64,000 nucleotides of DNA from Moniliella sp. 'wahieum' (lineage: Eukaryota), in assembly GCA_003971905.1 (NCBI GenBank), contig RSEE01000015.1, positions 868,001 to 932,000 of the forward strand. Direction: 5' to 3'. Position numbers and translations under genes: made by a program. Shown here in pieces: positions 26,301 through 38,813 of the stretch. A model generated the notes under the pieces. It saw nothing but the letters and a program-made list of their open reading frames with translations, ran no database searches and was not told where the DNA came from. How positions within the stretch are numbered: the stretch's first letter is position 1; every line of letters begins with the position of its first letter.

Positions 26301-26616
26301 CGGAAGTGTGCTGTAGGGCCCAAGGGTGCCGACGGGGAAGTCAGACGAGGAAAGTCATTTCTATTGTGGGGGAGGTCCTGGGTGATTCCGCAGATCGCTT
26401 CCGGCATATCGAGGCACAGAGGCTGTCTTGCCGACTAAAAAAAAGCGAGCGGATGTGACAGGCGCTGTGCCTGGGGCAGAGCGGGCAGAGCAGGGCAGGG
26501 CCAATGTAAGACCTGGCGCCGGGCGGGCATGCCAGCCAAGCGCGGCATGTGATGTTCATGGGTGATATATGATAGTTGGCGAGCGCGAGGGACAGTCGCC
26601 GGCGACGGCACGACAG

Positions 26617-27222
26617 TGAAGCTTGAAGGCCACACTTCAAGCTTCAAGCTCTTCAAGCTCATTTCTGAAGCGGTGCCTGTGGGGGGCCACAGCTGGGTTG
26701 CGCTTGGTGTGCCCATTAAAATACGTCGAGCCATCGTCTGCCCTCGACCATCGCCCTTTGTGTGAAGCCGCAGTGGCGTAGTGGCCACAGTAGCGCGGTT
26801 GATTCCTTGCAATACCCCTTCCTGGAGAGCAGAATTATTCTCCAGCCTCTGTAGCTCATATGCAATGCAATGCACCCTCAACACTGCCTGCTCTCTGATA
26901 TTTAACACTCTGTCCGTGGCAACACAGGGCAATCGGTGTGCACCCGACTTCTCAGGAACGCTGGACACCAACACATCCTCTGTCTGTTGCGATCCTCTGC
27001 CATTCACTTGCAGGATCAAGTGATCCACACTTGCCCTCTTCCCTGGCAACTGTGCTGTCTCATGCATCATGCATACTCTCTTGCCCCACCTGCATCATGC
27101 ATCACACGTCCAAATAACCACTCCGACGAAGTCACCACAAGTTGGCAGACCTTGAAGACAGGGACCAAGAAACGCGCGGATAGCCAGCCTGTAACATGTA
27201 TAACCTCAGGCCTCAGGCCTCA
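26617..27222. repeat. AAGCTT, ATGCAT and AGGCCT palindrome arrays upstream of the Per1-like gene
   Basis: tgaagcttgaag and ttcaagcttcaagct (26617-26660); catgcatcatgcat (about 27060-27104); AGGCCT 27208 and 27215. Confidence 0.8.
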
Positions 27223-27483
27223 CGCGCGGTAGCCACTATAGAGCAATCGAATCGCTGCGAGCCTCTCGTCTGTCGATTGTCGATCATCACTGTTTATGAA
27301 GCGATGCCACTATACGCTTATGATCGCCATAGGAATGGTCACATATTTCTTTTCCCTCACAGACGGTACCTGCCCCACCCCCACCTCCGCACCCCATCAA
27401 GAATTATTATCCCCTCTCCACCACTCCTCAACATTGCTCCCTTTGCCTCGGCCCCCTTTCTCTCTCGCCTCACACTGGTCGAC

Positions 27484-29430
27484 ATGCGCCCTCCTCGCTC
27501 GGCGCGCCGAACACGCAACGCATTCCTGCGCAACTGGTTGCTCCTTGTCGCTCTCCTTGTGGTGGCTAGGATGGGTGTGGTTGTGCGTGCCTCAGAAGGC
27601 GACCAGGCCCCCGAGTTCAAGCAGTGCGTGAGCTCCTGCTTGGCTGATGTCTGTGGCCCGGACGGCGTGGATGACGGGCAGACAGGCCGGGAAACGAGGC
27701 ACGATATCCATCTTGCGTGGCCTATACGCTGGACCAAGTGGACATGTCAAGACGACTGCGCCTACCACTGTGCCCATCAGCTCGCGAACGAGGCTGAATC
27801 TCGCGTCGCGTTACTCAAGAAGCAAGTGCGCGAGGAAGTCGCCCGCCGGTCTCGTAGAAAGAGCGACTCTCCCGAAGAACAAAGCGAGAAGGATCTTCTG
27901 GCCGTACGTATGGCTGCTTTGGCGCCGGTGCAGAAAAAGAGGGTTAAATACTACGGCAACTGGGTCCTGATTCGGGCCTATGGCACCCAAAACCCTCTCG
28001 GGTGCTATTCAGCATCTGCAACTTTTTCATGCAATTCTATCTCTTCGGCAACTTGCGAGAACAGATCCCGGATGCATTCCCGATCAAGCTCAACTTTCTC
28101 ACGCACACTCTATTGGCGGCGAATGCATACCTCTGGTCTGCTTTCCTTCATACGCGCAACTTACCTTGGACCCAAAGAGCGCACAACCTCAGTCAAGCTG
28201 CCGTCCTATTCCATGCAACCTTCCTCGTCATTTCCCGTTACATGCGCATCTCTCTTTTCCGTTCGGCTGCTACTATGTCGCCTCCGCTGTCTCCCTCATC
28301 CATATCACCAGCGTCTCGCATTTACAATTGCGCAAAGAAGTACGGTATCGTGGAAGTTACTTGCCTCCTGGCTCTAGGGTATACTGCCTGGCTTTGCCTT
28401 GGTCCGTTGCCCCTCCAACAGTATAACACGCTCATTACGTTTCTGATTACTCTTCTCCAACTAGTCATCCTCGGCCTCTACGCTATCAGGCCCTCTTTCT
28501 TCCCCGGGGATGGAAGCCTTATTCAACGTGGGACGAAGAAGATACGAGGAAGTGTACTACTATGTTTGAGTCCCGAGTGACAGTGGAGGAGGACCAAGAA
28601 GAGGAGAGGGAAGCGCAGATTGACGGATTGAAGGTGGCAAACGAACCTTTACTTTGCACCACCGTCCCTCGGTCTCGACACCGTTCTCGCGTCTTTCCAA
28701 GCCCACCCTGCACAAATCCAACCTCTCGCTCCAGACGGTCCAGAATTCCAAAACAGATGGTACTCCACCACGGCCCAGCTTGCCCTCTTCCCTCCTCCAT
28801 CTTCACCCCTTTCCTCCACTCGGCCCGATTGGACTGTTACTACCCCCTCATTCCCATCTCTGTTCCAACGGAGGCGTCACCTACTTTGCCTTACCGCTGT
28901 GACCCTGATTCTCACTGCAATCCGCCAGTGGGACTTTTGCCCCCTCGTTCGAACACTCGACTGTCAAGCACTCTACCTCGCCGGGTCTATTCCCCTTACC
29001 CTAGCATGGGCCAAGTGGCTTGTTCACGACGCTCGTGCTCTCACCAGCTGCAGCCCGGACAGGAGTATCGCGGGCCACCCAACGACGCCCGACGTGTCGG
29101 TTGAATGCGTTGAGTTCACCAGCCCCATCCCAGAAAAGATCGACGAGGACCTTGCTTGGGTCGCAACCGATTCCTGGCCCACTTTCCCTCAGGACCGCTT
29201 GCAGGCATCCTGGTGGTCCACCTATGCCCCCTGGACGTTCTACGTACTCAATGGGCTCCGTTCAGGTATCATCCGGAGTAAGGTCCTGCTATCCCGTTCG
29301 GTCCACACTGGTTGGAACGCTACGGTCGGTGTTCGCAAGCGCGGCTGGTGCCCACGTTCTACATGTGCTAGACGCCTTCGCCGCCTTTGTCGAGCCCAAC
29401 TCTGATGGTGCGCTTGTGGTAGCCACTGCC
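27484..29430 (+). CDS. PER1: Per1/PGAP3-like (CREST family) membrane protein with degenerate catalytic motifs
   Basis: Signal anchor, then 'ASEGDQAPEFKQCV..C', 'WTCQDDCAYHC', 'KYYGNW..RAYGTQ.P...LFSICN' and 'WSAFLHTRN'. After a low-complexity insert, 'WDFCPLVRTLDCQALYLAGSIP..WAKWLVHDA' aligns to the FDFPP..DAHSLWH region. End approximate. Confidence 0.8.
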
Positions 29431-29738
29431 ACTTAACTTTTTCTTCTTCTCTCGACCACATGCATTACTCTAGCATTGCGGCCGACCCACCTTCGTTTTC
29501 CTCTTGTCCTTGCATTCCCTGTCTCGCATTAGCCAATAACCATCCCACATATCTCCCTGCCGTGTCTAGTCAGTGCTCAGCATTCCGTTTGGGTCCGCAG
29601 CTCAGTGCCCAGCCTCCTCGGTAACTAGCAGAATGGATGCGATGCACTAGATGCAGTGCGCGGAACGTCTGGGTGAGCTTAGAGGGTACATTCAACTCAC
29701 CTCATCGGTGACATGAGGACAAAGGGCGAGGAAGGTTG

Positions 29739-30053
29739 TTAGAGCGAGCCGGCAGCCAAGGTGGCGCGGCGGGCCAGGACTTCCTGCCTCTGCCTGTTGA
29801 TCTCCTCCGTGGTCCAGACCGTGAAGTCAAACACTTTCCAGCCAAGGCCAGCGCCGACAGCCGTGAAGCCAACGAGAGCGCCGATGCCTAGAGGAGTGGG
29901 CAGGTCAGTAGGCGCAAGGACAACAGCGCGCCAGCGCAGCGCACGACAACAAGACGTACTGCCGAAAGGGTGTTGGCGCTTGATGAATTGCTGCATGACG
30001 CGCACGGTCAACCCGGCGACGCCCCAGCCTACAACATGTTCGGTGCGCCCCAT
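29739..30053 (-). CDS. NADH:ubiquinone oxidoreductase 14-kDa accessory subunit (NDUFC2/B14.5b-like)
   Basis: About 80 aa: 'VVGWGVAGLTVR.MQ..I..QHPF', intron (GTACGT at 29959 to TAG at about 29888), 'VGFTAVGAGLGW' and 'EEINRQRQEVLARR'. Matches the two-TM fungal NDUFC2 pattern from memory. Confidence 0.7.
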   Translation of the reverse strand: MGRTEHVVGWGVAGLTVRVMQQFIKRQHPFGSTSCCRALRWRAVVLAPTDLPTPLGIGALVGFTAVGAGLGWKVFDFTVWTTEEINRQRQEVLARRATLAAGSL

Positions 30054-30356
30054 GGTAGCCGCCGTCCAGCCGAGTGGTGGTGGAGCCAGCCAACCGGGTG
30101 GCACTCGCATCCTGGCTGAGGCAGGCCGATTGGTAACGTGCAACCCTAGGCTGCAGGCGCACGTGATGTGGGGGTTTCCGGAACCTTGAACGTTCCATAT
30201 ATCATGCCACAACTCCGTTTGAGTATTCCGCTCGTAACGCGGGTTCCGCCTAACTGGCCCGGTAGAAACCGGGAGAGGGGGGAGACCGACAGAAGCAAAG
30301 CCAGGCAAGGGGGCAGTATCTGCCCCGCCCTTGCCCTGGGCTCGACCTGGGCGGAA

Positions 30357-30420
30357 GTGATCGATGATCGATGATCGATGATCGAATGAATCCAAGATCT
30401 AAAAGATCTAATCAATCAAC
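30357..30420. repeat. (ATCGAT-g)x3-4 plus an AGATCT pair in a divergent promoter
   Basis: ATCGAT at 30360, 30367 and 30374; agatctaaaagatct follows. Confidence 0.9.
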
Positions 30421-30870
30421 GCTGACGCGCTGACATCGCTGAGACCAGCTGAGGCACAGAGGCGCAGCTCCCGCCGGTTGGCACAGGATGGACCTGCCGT
30501 GGGGTGTACTAGGACATTGCTAGACGTGCCCCCAGCCTTATATTGCTGGGATGCTTAGAGCATTATGCACTAGCACTCGCATTACGCATCATCTGCATCA
30601 TAATCATGCACCATGCGCCATCCATCATCCATCGTATGTCACCGCCAGCGCACTCCACAGATCATCGTGGTCATCGAGGCAGCTTGGGGAGTAGGCCAGA
30701 GTCGGAGTCCTCAGACTGAGTACCGAGTACTGCAGAGCTAGTGAGCTTCAGCGCCGAGGCTGACAACTGACCCAGGGGCGGCTGCGTTGAGTACTGCTGA
30801 ATCGTCGAATCGCCTGGCATCACGATCCGACCCCCGCTTGCTTTTCTGCCACCGTCTGTCCACCCACGCC

Positions 30871-31820
30871 ATGTTCCGTCAACAGCTCTTTCGTGCCCTT
30901 GCCCACTCCGTCCCGCCTGTTATGCTACCCCGTCCGTGGTGCGGGTGCCGGTGCGGGGGCTTGCCACACCAGCTCCAACCTCCGCCTTGCCTCCGCGCGA
31001 TGCACCTGCGGACCAAAAGGCTTCGATGTTGAGGATGCCAGTCAGGCGCACAAGGACCTGGCCATCGACCCTACTAGAGTTGTTGCAACCCCAATTCAGA
31101 TGCCACCTGTCCATCCGCGAGGGCCAGGACGACGATCGTCTGCCCACCAAGCCTCGTTATGCTGGAGAGACCCCTGGGGTGCCGCCCCAGGCGCTCAAGA
31201 TCGCGCCGGAACATTCAATGTCAAGATCCCTTTTCCTCCCGCACACCAAGCTGCACCGGCCCATCCCCTTGATTCATAACCCGAGCCCACGGCAACCGAC
31301 AAGACTTCCGAGAACGGTATCAACGCCCCCCTGGTCACCATTGACGACGCCACGCCCGTGCACAGTCCCCCTCGCTCCGGAGATCGGGAGCGATGTGGAG
31401 GTGGGGGGCGAGAAAGGGTCGACCCGACCGAGGTGGCGCGTCTGCAACAGCGGGCCTGCCTCGACCTGGGCGCACCAAACGGTGGTGTTTTATGACAAGG
31501 CTCACCACCACTTTTATTCGATGCTTCCCAATGGGCTCTTTGCCCCGGTGGAGCCGTTGGACGGGGTAAAGGGACCTGATGGCAAGCGGGTCTTCCGATT
31601 CTCCCCCGGTGTCTTGCCCCGTCCTTTCACGCAGGCGGACGTACGGGCATTAGCATCCTTTTGGGCTTGCTCCTGTCGTGCTTTGTGGCGAGCGTATGCT
31701 GGAAAGCGTGTTCATCACCAAGGAGGCCCAGGCCGTGCGCAATTATCAACTTGCCCAAATGGAGCCTCAGCATCTACCGAACCGCACCTTTTAAATCCCA
31801 TCCCTCTCTTGTCTCGCTAA
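30871..31820 (+). CDS. Hypothetical protein with a mitochondrial-presequence-like N-terminus
   Basis: MFRQQLFRALAHS...RVPVRGLAT, continuing through frameshifted ORFs to 31820. No domain recognised. Confidence 0.5.
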
Positions 31821-32111
31821 GCCGAGGACCCCGTTCGTCTAAACACGAAGGGGGGTCCCGCGCTGGCAAAAGTAACCTGCATGAATGCAAAATGGATCAA
31901 GAAGTTTCTACCTCCTCATTCCGCCTTGCTTGCCACTATGGCAAGCAGAACCAGAACGCCAAAAAGTGACAGCCAGTACAGGACGGACGAAAATAAGACC
32001 ACGAGATATGGTATAAGGAGTCCTCTCATTCGAAGGCCGAACGCGCAACACGAGCCAGGAGAAATCATGGTCCCGTGGCGACCGGATTGGGGGAATCAAG
32101 CCCTGGCTGGG

Positions 32112-32672
32112 CTAGCAGCTTCTCAACGTCGCCCTTGATCGACTCAGGAGAAGTGGTAGGGGCATAGCGAGCATAGACCTTGCCTTGCCGGCCACAAGGA
32201 ACTTGGTAAAGTTCCACACGATCCGCTCCCCCAGCACGCCCTTCTTCTCGTGCTTGAGGAACTTGAACACCGGGTTCGTGTCGTTCCCGTTTACATCGCT
32301 ATCAGAAAGGTGGTCAGCCTCCGGCAGTGGGTTGGCCATGAGCCAAGAAGAGAAGGATCAGGACACACAGAATTAGGATAAAGACATACTCTTGTTGACC
32401 ATGGGGAACTGAACACCATAGTTGAGCTTGCAGAAGGCACCAGTGTCTTCATCATCCTGAGGGTTTTGGGACCCAAATTGGTTGCTGGGGAACCCAATCA
32501 CCTCCAGCCCTTGGTCTTTGTACTCAGCGTACAGCTTCTCAAGCCCATCGAGTTGAGGTGTGAAACCACACTTGGTCGCCGAATTGAAGATGATCAAGAC
32601 CTTGCCCTTGGCCTGGGCAAAGTCGTATGTGCTCTTCTTCCAAGGCACAGAGAGGGAGTACAGCTCGGACAT
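32112..32672 (-). CDS. GPX: Glutathione/thioredoxin peroxidase (fungal Cys-GPx, Gpx2/Hyr1 family)
   Basis: '[18 protein letters not shown]', '[11 protein letters not shown]', '[11 protein letters not shown]', an intron, then '[13 protein letters not shown]' and '[10 protein letters not shown]'. Confidence 0.93.
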
Positions 32673-32898
32673 TGCACGCAGACAGTGGGTGAGAGGGGGG
32701 TGGCTGAGAATAGGTGGAGGTGGAGGTGGAGGTGGAGGGAGGGAAGCAGGGAAGGTGGACGTTGACGGGATTGGACCTGAGGGTGGGCCGTTTGGCTATA
32801 TATCGTTGTGTTCGCCTGCGGCCTCCAGATCGCCGAAGGGCCAATTTCGACTGATTTGTTGCGTATGGCATCGAAATGTGAAATGTAACTTGTAAATT

Positions 32899-32955
32899 GT
32901 GAAACGTGAAACGTCATGCATGTCACGGTGCATGATGCATGATGCATGCGTGATG
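32899..32955. repeat. ATGCAT-g-ATGCAT array in the GPx promoter
   Basis: ATGCAT at 32935 and 32942, with flanking degenerate units. Confidence 0.85.
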
Positions 32956-33792
32956 CGGCTCACATACGTCACCCACGTGTGACCGAGCGAGCCCCCCTAC
33001 GGCGGCTTCCCAAATCAGTAGGGCTGTATCACGCCGTATACGCCTCTTTAGTAGGCAGCAGCAGCTAGTCGTCCCGTGCAGCCCCGAGGGCGGGCGAACG
33101 AGCGCCGGGCCGGCATGTGAGAAGCAAACGGCGCCCACGACCGGAAATGAATTGTACACCCAATTCCATCCACTTCTCACACTCTGAGACTGACCGGTGA
33201 CCTAGGAGGCCAAGTAAGTTCCTGGGGCCATCTGGGGATCGGAAGGAACTCCGCGGCTTTCGTCGCGGCCTTTCAAGCCCGTCAAGACCATGCACACGCG
33301 GCCTGGCCACAGTTTGAGCGGCAAGGATGAGGCCGGTGAAGCCCGAGAGAGGCCAGGAGGCCTGGGCCGCCAGGCCACCAGAGGAAAGACTCTGCGTCAC
33401 GCCATCAACAGCATGCCTTTTTTTAATCCACAAGACGGCGAAAACAGAGGGGTTGAATATAGTAGTCGTCGAACGAGGATTGGTGGCTGAGTCTTAGACC
33501 CGCTCCGCGATTCTAACCATGCCGATGCTTATCTCCATCATGCCCATCATGGCGTGGTCTGCATTGGCCGTAGATCATTCAAAACATGCGCAAGTACTCG
33601 CTGCTCAAGACAGAGAGACTCTGCATGTAACTTGTGGGCACGAAAGCACATTTAAAGCAGTGGAAAGCAGTGCGGAACAAATGTGCGCCGAAAGGACGTC
33701 GAGGACAAGAACCACGGTTAATAGAGGCTGTGAGTCTATAATAAGGAAGAGTATATATATCAAGAGCAGGGATATTTGGCCCCCATCAGTGG

Positions 33793-36700
33793 CTAGAGGT
33801 CAGAGGTCGCCTCAAAGATCTGGGTTGAGGATAAGGTCTGGATAGGAAGAAAAGGAACGAAAAGGGTGAGTGGATGGACTAGTAGGAAAAATGCTAGAAA
33901 ATACATACACTCGACAATCCGGGCATTGGTGCCCATCTGTGCCAATTCTTGGGCGGTTGTGAGCGAACGGAAAAGGGTGGGACCAAATATGGTCCCTAGG
34001 TTTCGTGCTGTCATCAGGTTTTCATTGTGGGCTTGGTGGACGCGATTGAGATGGCGCATCAGCAGGGCCATCGAAGCTTGGTGTACAGGGGGAAGCATAC
34101 GAACCACCTCTTTCACCTCACTCACGTCAGTCACCCCCAAATCGAGAAGCGACGAGAGTTGAGCTTGGGTGGAGGGGGGAATGAGCGGTACGGGCAAAGC
34201 ACGTAAAAAGTTCTTGAGCACTGACCCAATTGCATCCGGATCGTTGAACCGACTCGAATCTAGCAGATCAAATTCGCACCCTCGCTCAAAGAGGGAGGTG
34301 ATGAGCGTTACTTGACCGGATCCACCCGTCTGGCGATAGATCCCTTCAGACCGTAGTGCGGTGGCCTCAATGGCCTCGATACATTTTGATAGCATGTGCG
34401 GAATCACATTCCCTTCGAGGGCAGCCTGGATGGAGAGGTCGCAACCCAGCGTGCACCCGACCTCGTGCTTCCCTGGGGATACTTCTCCTTGCCCTCCTTC
34501 TCCTCCGACAGGGGCAGCAAGTGGGGAAGCAACAGAACGGATGCTGTCCTCTTTTTCGCTGGATTGACATATGGAAATGTGCCCCCCCACACAGCGCTGG
34601 TGAATCGCGCCAAGGCACAACGTGCATCGCAATTCGGTCTGGCCCCACATGCTCCGCTGGCAGGCCATGCATCGAGTTGGACGGACTGCGGTAAAGGAAT
34701 GAAAATCGTGCCCTCCCCTGGGGGGAGGAGGCAAACCAAATGTCAAACCGCTCCACTCGTAGCGTGTGCCCAACGGTAGATCTGACGACACCGACCCATT
34801 AGGATGCGAAGAAACTAGGTTGGGCATCGAATCGCCCTCTTGAGAGTAGAGTCCCCGCCAATGGAAAGTGAAGTGGAAGAACGGCTCGGCTGGTGCAGGT
34901 CCGATCCTCGAGCCGAATACAGAGAGAGACCAGAGGGAGAATGTGGCATGCCCGGGCGTAGAGGTGGAGGGAATGCCGTGGGGCTCGCCCGCTGCCCACC
35001 CGTGCCACGCATCGATCGGAACATTTTCCCTCCTTCTTGAGAGAATGTATCGGGAAAGGGGGAAGGAAAAGGATAGGAAAGTGATGAGACTTCTCCCTCC
35101 GAAGGCTCAGGAGCGAGCGCAATGTTTGCCTTGACACCTTGCGATGACTCAGCGAACGCTGCTCCTCTTCTCTCTCACGCTGGAGCGAAGAGAGGGACAG
35201 AGACAAGGCTTCCTTCTCCTGCAACAAAGTTGCCTTGTTCTGTTCCAGCTCTGCCATCTCGATCCGCATGGCGTCCCGCTGTTCCACGAGCGAATTCAAC
35301 TCAGCGCGGAAGGTGAGGGAAACATGCTCGAGCCGACGAGACAAGTTGCGCCCCAGTTCCACGGGAGGGTAGGAACCACCCATGCCCACTCCTTTAGATT
35401 CCCTAGTTTCCGCTCGGGCGGTCAGCTCGGCCAGTTCCGACGCTTTGAGCTCACAAGAGGTCTGTAGGTGCGCCATACCTTTCTCCAACTCTTGAAGCTG
35501 CGCGTACGCCTTGGCCTCGTGCATTCGATACCACTCCCGATGGCTTGTTTCTTGCATCTGCTCCTTGGATCGTTGGTGCTTCAATGCTTGCACCTCGGCC
35601 CGCAACAAAGCCACCTCGCTCCCCGTCAATACCGATCCATAATCCGTTCTTTTTCGGACGCGGCCGAGGGGAGGAGCTTCAGTAGACTAACGGCAATGTC
35701 GAACGGAAGGGAAACCGTGACACCGTCTGAAGAAGCCAAGACAGACCGCAAAACCGATTGGGGGGCTGACCAGAGCCACACGCAACAGGCACCATCATCG
35801 GGTCACACGAACCTTTGTTGTCATCGGTGCGAGAAGGGACATTGGCTGGGAACAGAGAGTAACGTTGGGCTCGTTCGGCTCGTTCGGCGTGAGAGGCGAG
35901 ATACGTATGGATGTAGTCCCCTTCTCCTTCGCTCCCAAGCTGAGATTCGTGGTGGAGGAACCCGTGGTATATGGGGCAGAGGAGATGGAGGTAGCGGGGC
36001 TTTCCTTGTCTGATACCGAGGTGGGCGATCCTGGCTCAAGGGTGTACCTGGCGGGTAGCCGTACCTTTTTTACCCGGGGGCGGAGGATACGAAGAGGCTG
36101 CGTGCGGGGGCACCGGTCGATAGTCGCGAAAAGTTCTCGGCACTGGATATGGGGCGTAGAGCAGGGTCCGGGATAGGAACGAGACGACCTTGGCTGATGG
36201 GCCTTGACTCTTCAACCGAAATGCCCTGGCAAGGTAATGGGCTGACAGATGGCTCTTTTTGTAAGGAACGGGGACGCTCGAGGGATGAGGAAGGGGAAGC
36301 AGGTGTACGGGTAGGAGCAGGTGCATGTGCCGGGTTGGAAGGCCAGCTGGACTTGGAAGCCAATGAGGATCCAGAAGTGATGGAGAGTTTTCTCTCTTCG
36401 ACGCAAGGGCAATGCGTGCGAGGCTGACTTCAATGAGGCAGTGGGCTCATGGATGGCCGTCTGGGTAAAATCCGCTTCAGTGGATGGGACATGGAACGCG
36501 GTTGCACCCACTGGCAGCTGACCCACCTCCGGCCCGGAGGCCGAAATTCCGGATGCCCCACGCTTCTTCTTTGCTGCGTCTGCAAGTGAGGCAGTGAGGG
36601 TTGTGGCTGCTCCTGCTGCTGTTGATGTAGTAGCTTTCGTAGTTGTTGTTTCTGGCGCTTGCGGCTGCGCGCTGTCGGTTCTGATTGGCGATACGCTGTT

Positions 36701-37255
36701 CGTGACAGGGCATGCAGTAGATACCGCTGGACGCCTTGGCAAAGACAAGAGCAGTGATAGGTTGGTGGCAGATGCGGCAGAGAAAGCAGGCGGCATGGTA
36801 GGAATCCTCGCCGGCCATGATCGCATCCTCGTCCGTGATGGGTTTGCGACAGATTTGGCATGCACACGCACAGCTGGAACATACCAGCTGGTCATTGCTC
36901 AAGATCAGTGCTTCATCGCTGGGGTTTGCGGGGCGGCGAGCGCACAGCGTACATCTTAGACACTCCGGTGCCATCCCATTCGTAAAAGAGACCAGTTGCC
37001 CTTCCTTGACCAAGGCCTGGTGGCATCCACCGCACTGTTTCTCCTCTTCTCCAGACCCAGGTGCTACATGCTGGTAGGGGCCATCGAGTGGTTGTGGTTG
37101 TGGCTGTGGCTGCCAACGGTGTAAGGACGTGTGGTTTCCGTTAGCTTCTTCGGCTCCGATGGCTGCGCTAGCGCTGGCGGTTGTGCTTCCGCTTCGGTTT
37201 CGCCCTCCACTGGTCCTGGCACTGGGCCAACACCAGCGTCGCTGAGGGAGCCCAT
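33793..37255 (-). CDS. Rho GTPase-activating protein with LIM, coiled-coil, C1 and RhoGAP domains (Rga1/Rga2-like)
   Basis: LIM 'QCGGCHQ..ECLRCTLC..CSSC' and 'CQICRKPI..YHAACFLCRIC..IYCMPCH'. Coiled coil at 35100-35600. C1 'HDF..RPTRCMACQRSMWG..ELRC..C..HQRC'. RhoGAP 'EGIYRQTG' and 'LKNFLRALPVPL..NLMTARNLGTIFGPTL'. Confidence 0.9.
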
Positions 37256-37707
37256 GAAGCTCGCCGCGGGAGGAAATGATGGAGATGGGGTGGGAGGCGA
37301 GATGAAGGCGAGATGACGCAAGGACGAGAGCGAAAGCAAGTTAGTGCAGCCGGTCAATGCCGCTTGACGTATCTCCACACTTCTCACTTCCTGAATCTAA
37401 TCGTCCCTTCTCCCAAATAAGGTACGCGCCTCCCGCGCCTCTGTCCGACAAGACTGGGCCGACCGTCGGGACCTGACTGCTTACTATGTAAACGGGCAGT
37501 AGCCCGCAGGCACGCCTAATCTGGCCCGATACACACTGCCCCCGTACGCCGACGCCTGTGGGATCTGCGTTTTGATATATAGTACTTGCGCATCCTTGCG
37601 TCCAAAGCAGCAGAAGGGACGTCCGCAGCACGTTTGATGCTCGTAGGCCACGCATTCTGCCCCGCACTTTCCGCCTCCGGTCTGCCCGCAATTCCGCATT
37701 GTACTGT

Positions 37708-37728
37708 CCCCCCCCCCCCCCCCCCCCC
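37708..37728. repeat. Poly-C21 tract (G21 on the minus strand)
   Basis: Read directly, about 450 bp upstream of the RhoGAP start. Confidence 0.9.
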
Positions 37729-38813
37729 TTGTTAGCCTGGGCATCTTCTTTCATCCGCAAATGTCGCCCCGCACCAAAAAAAGGCATCATCTGCCATCAT
37801 GCATCCTTCATAACATCATTCCACATCCCATACGCATCGAATCCATCCCCATATCTTGTGCTAACACACCGATCACAATTAACGATTTCATCGATAATCT
37901 CTGATTGATAAGTCGATCAGGTCGCGGTCAACGGTCAACACCAGTTTAAAGGTGTTTGAGAGGCGTTTCTCGCGTTTATGGCTTTCGTGCATCCGTAGTA
38001 GTTCATCACTATGGACACTGGAGTATTCCATTTGAGTATAGTAAGGAAGAGTTACAGAAGAGTACTCCATAATTATATTGCTAGAGAGCTTTGCACCACA
38101 ACGTAATCGAGATGGACCGCCGGGCCCTCTGCTATAACTTTTCACTTTCTTCTCCTTGAGAAGGCCGCATGTGGTAGATGAATCCCCCGGGTGGGGAATG
38201 CGACCCACTGAGATTGTTCTGGGGTAGTCTATTATACACAACATTATGACTACCATAAGAGAATCATCATATTATTGTTTCCTGTGAAGATGGGGGCTGC
38301 TGCTTTTTTGGCCACTATACGACACAATCACAAACGTTGGGATTTATTAATAGTCTGTGTATGGCCGTGGGTGTTATACGTCTGGCCTCTGCATCCTTCA
38401 ATTTTCCGATGAGTGCTGCTATGCAGATTCGCATTTCCAGTAGGGCCGCACATTGCTACCCTCTGTCGAGTGTGACATATGTGACTGGAGCGCGGCGCCG
38501 GTTGAGAGAGAAAGCACCGTATATATTTTGGGGCCATCGAGGGTGTCTGGTCATCACACGACTGAGGGATGGAGGGGCCGTAATTTATGAAGGAGAGTGA
38601 CTAGTGATGGCATCAATTATGCTGCGTATCATATGCATACCCACATGAACATCATTTCGACATCGACAAAACGACATGGAGAAATGAATCATCGCCCTAA
38701 CAAAGATACAATCTATTCTCTCTATTCCTCAGCGCCCTCACCTCGGTTTCACAACTATCGTGATGCGGGCGAAGGTTGTCCATAAAAGACGCGCGTGACT
38801 TGGTGATATAGCC

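Noticed and set aside
18893..32672. Sulfur/redox/nitrogen gene cluster (DUF1989, MET10, GPx, complex I subunit)
   Set aside because: The genes are interleaved with unrelated ones and share no evident pathway logic; this looks like ordinary fungal gene order.
32373..32672. Selenocysteine GPx
   Set aside because: The active-site codon is Cys (TGT), not TGA.
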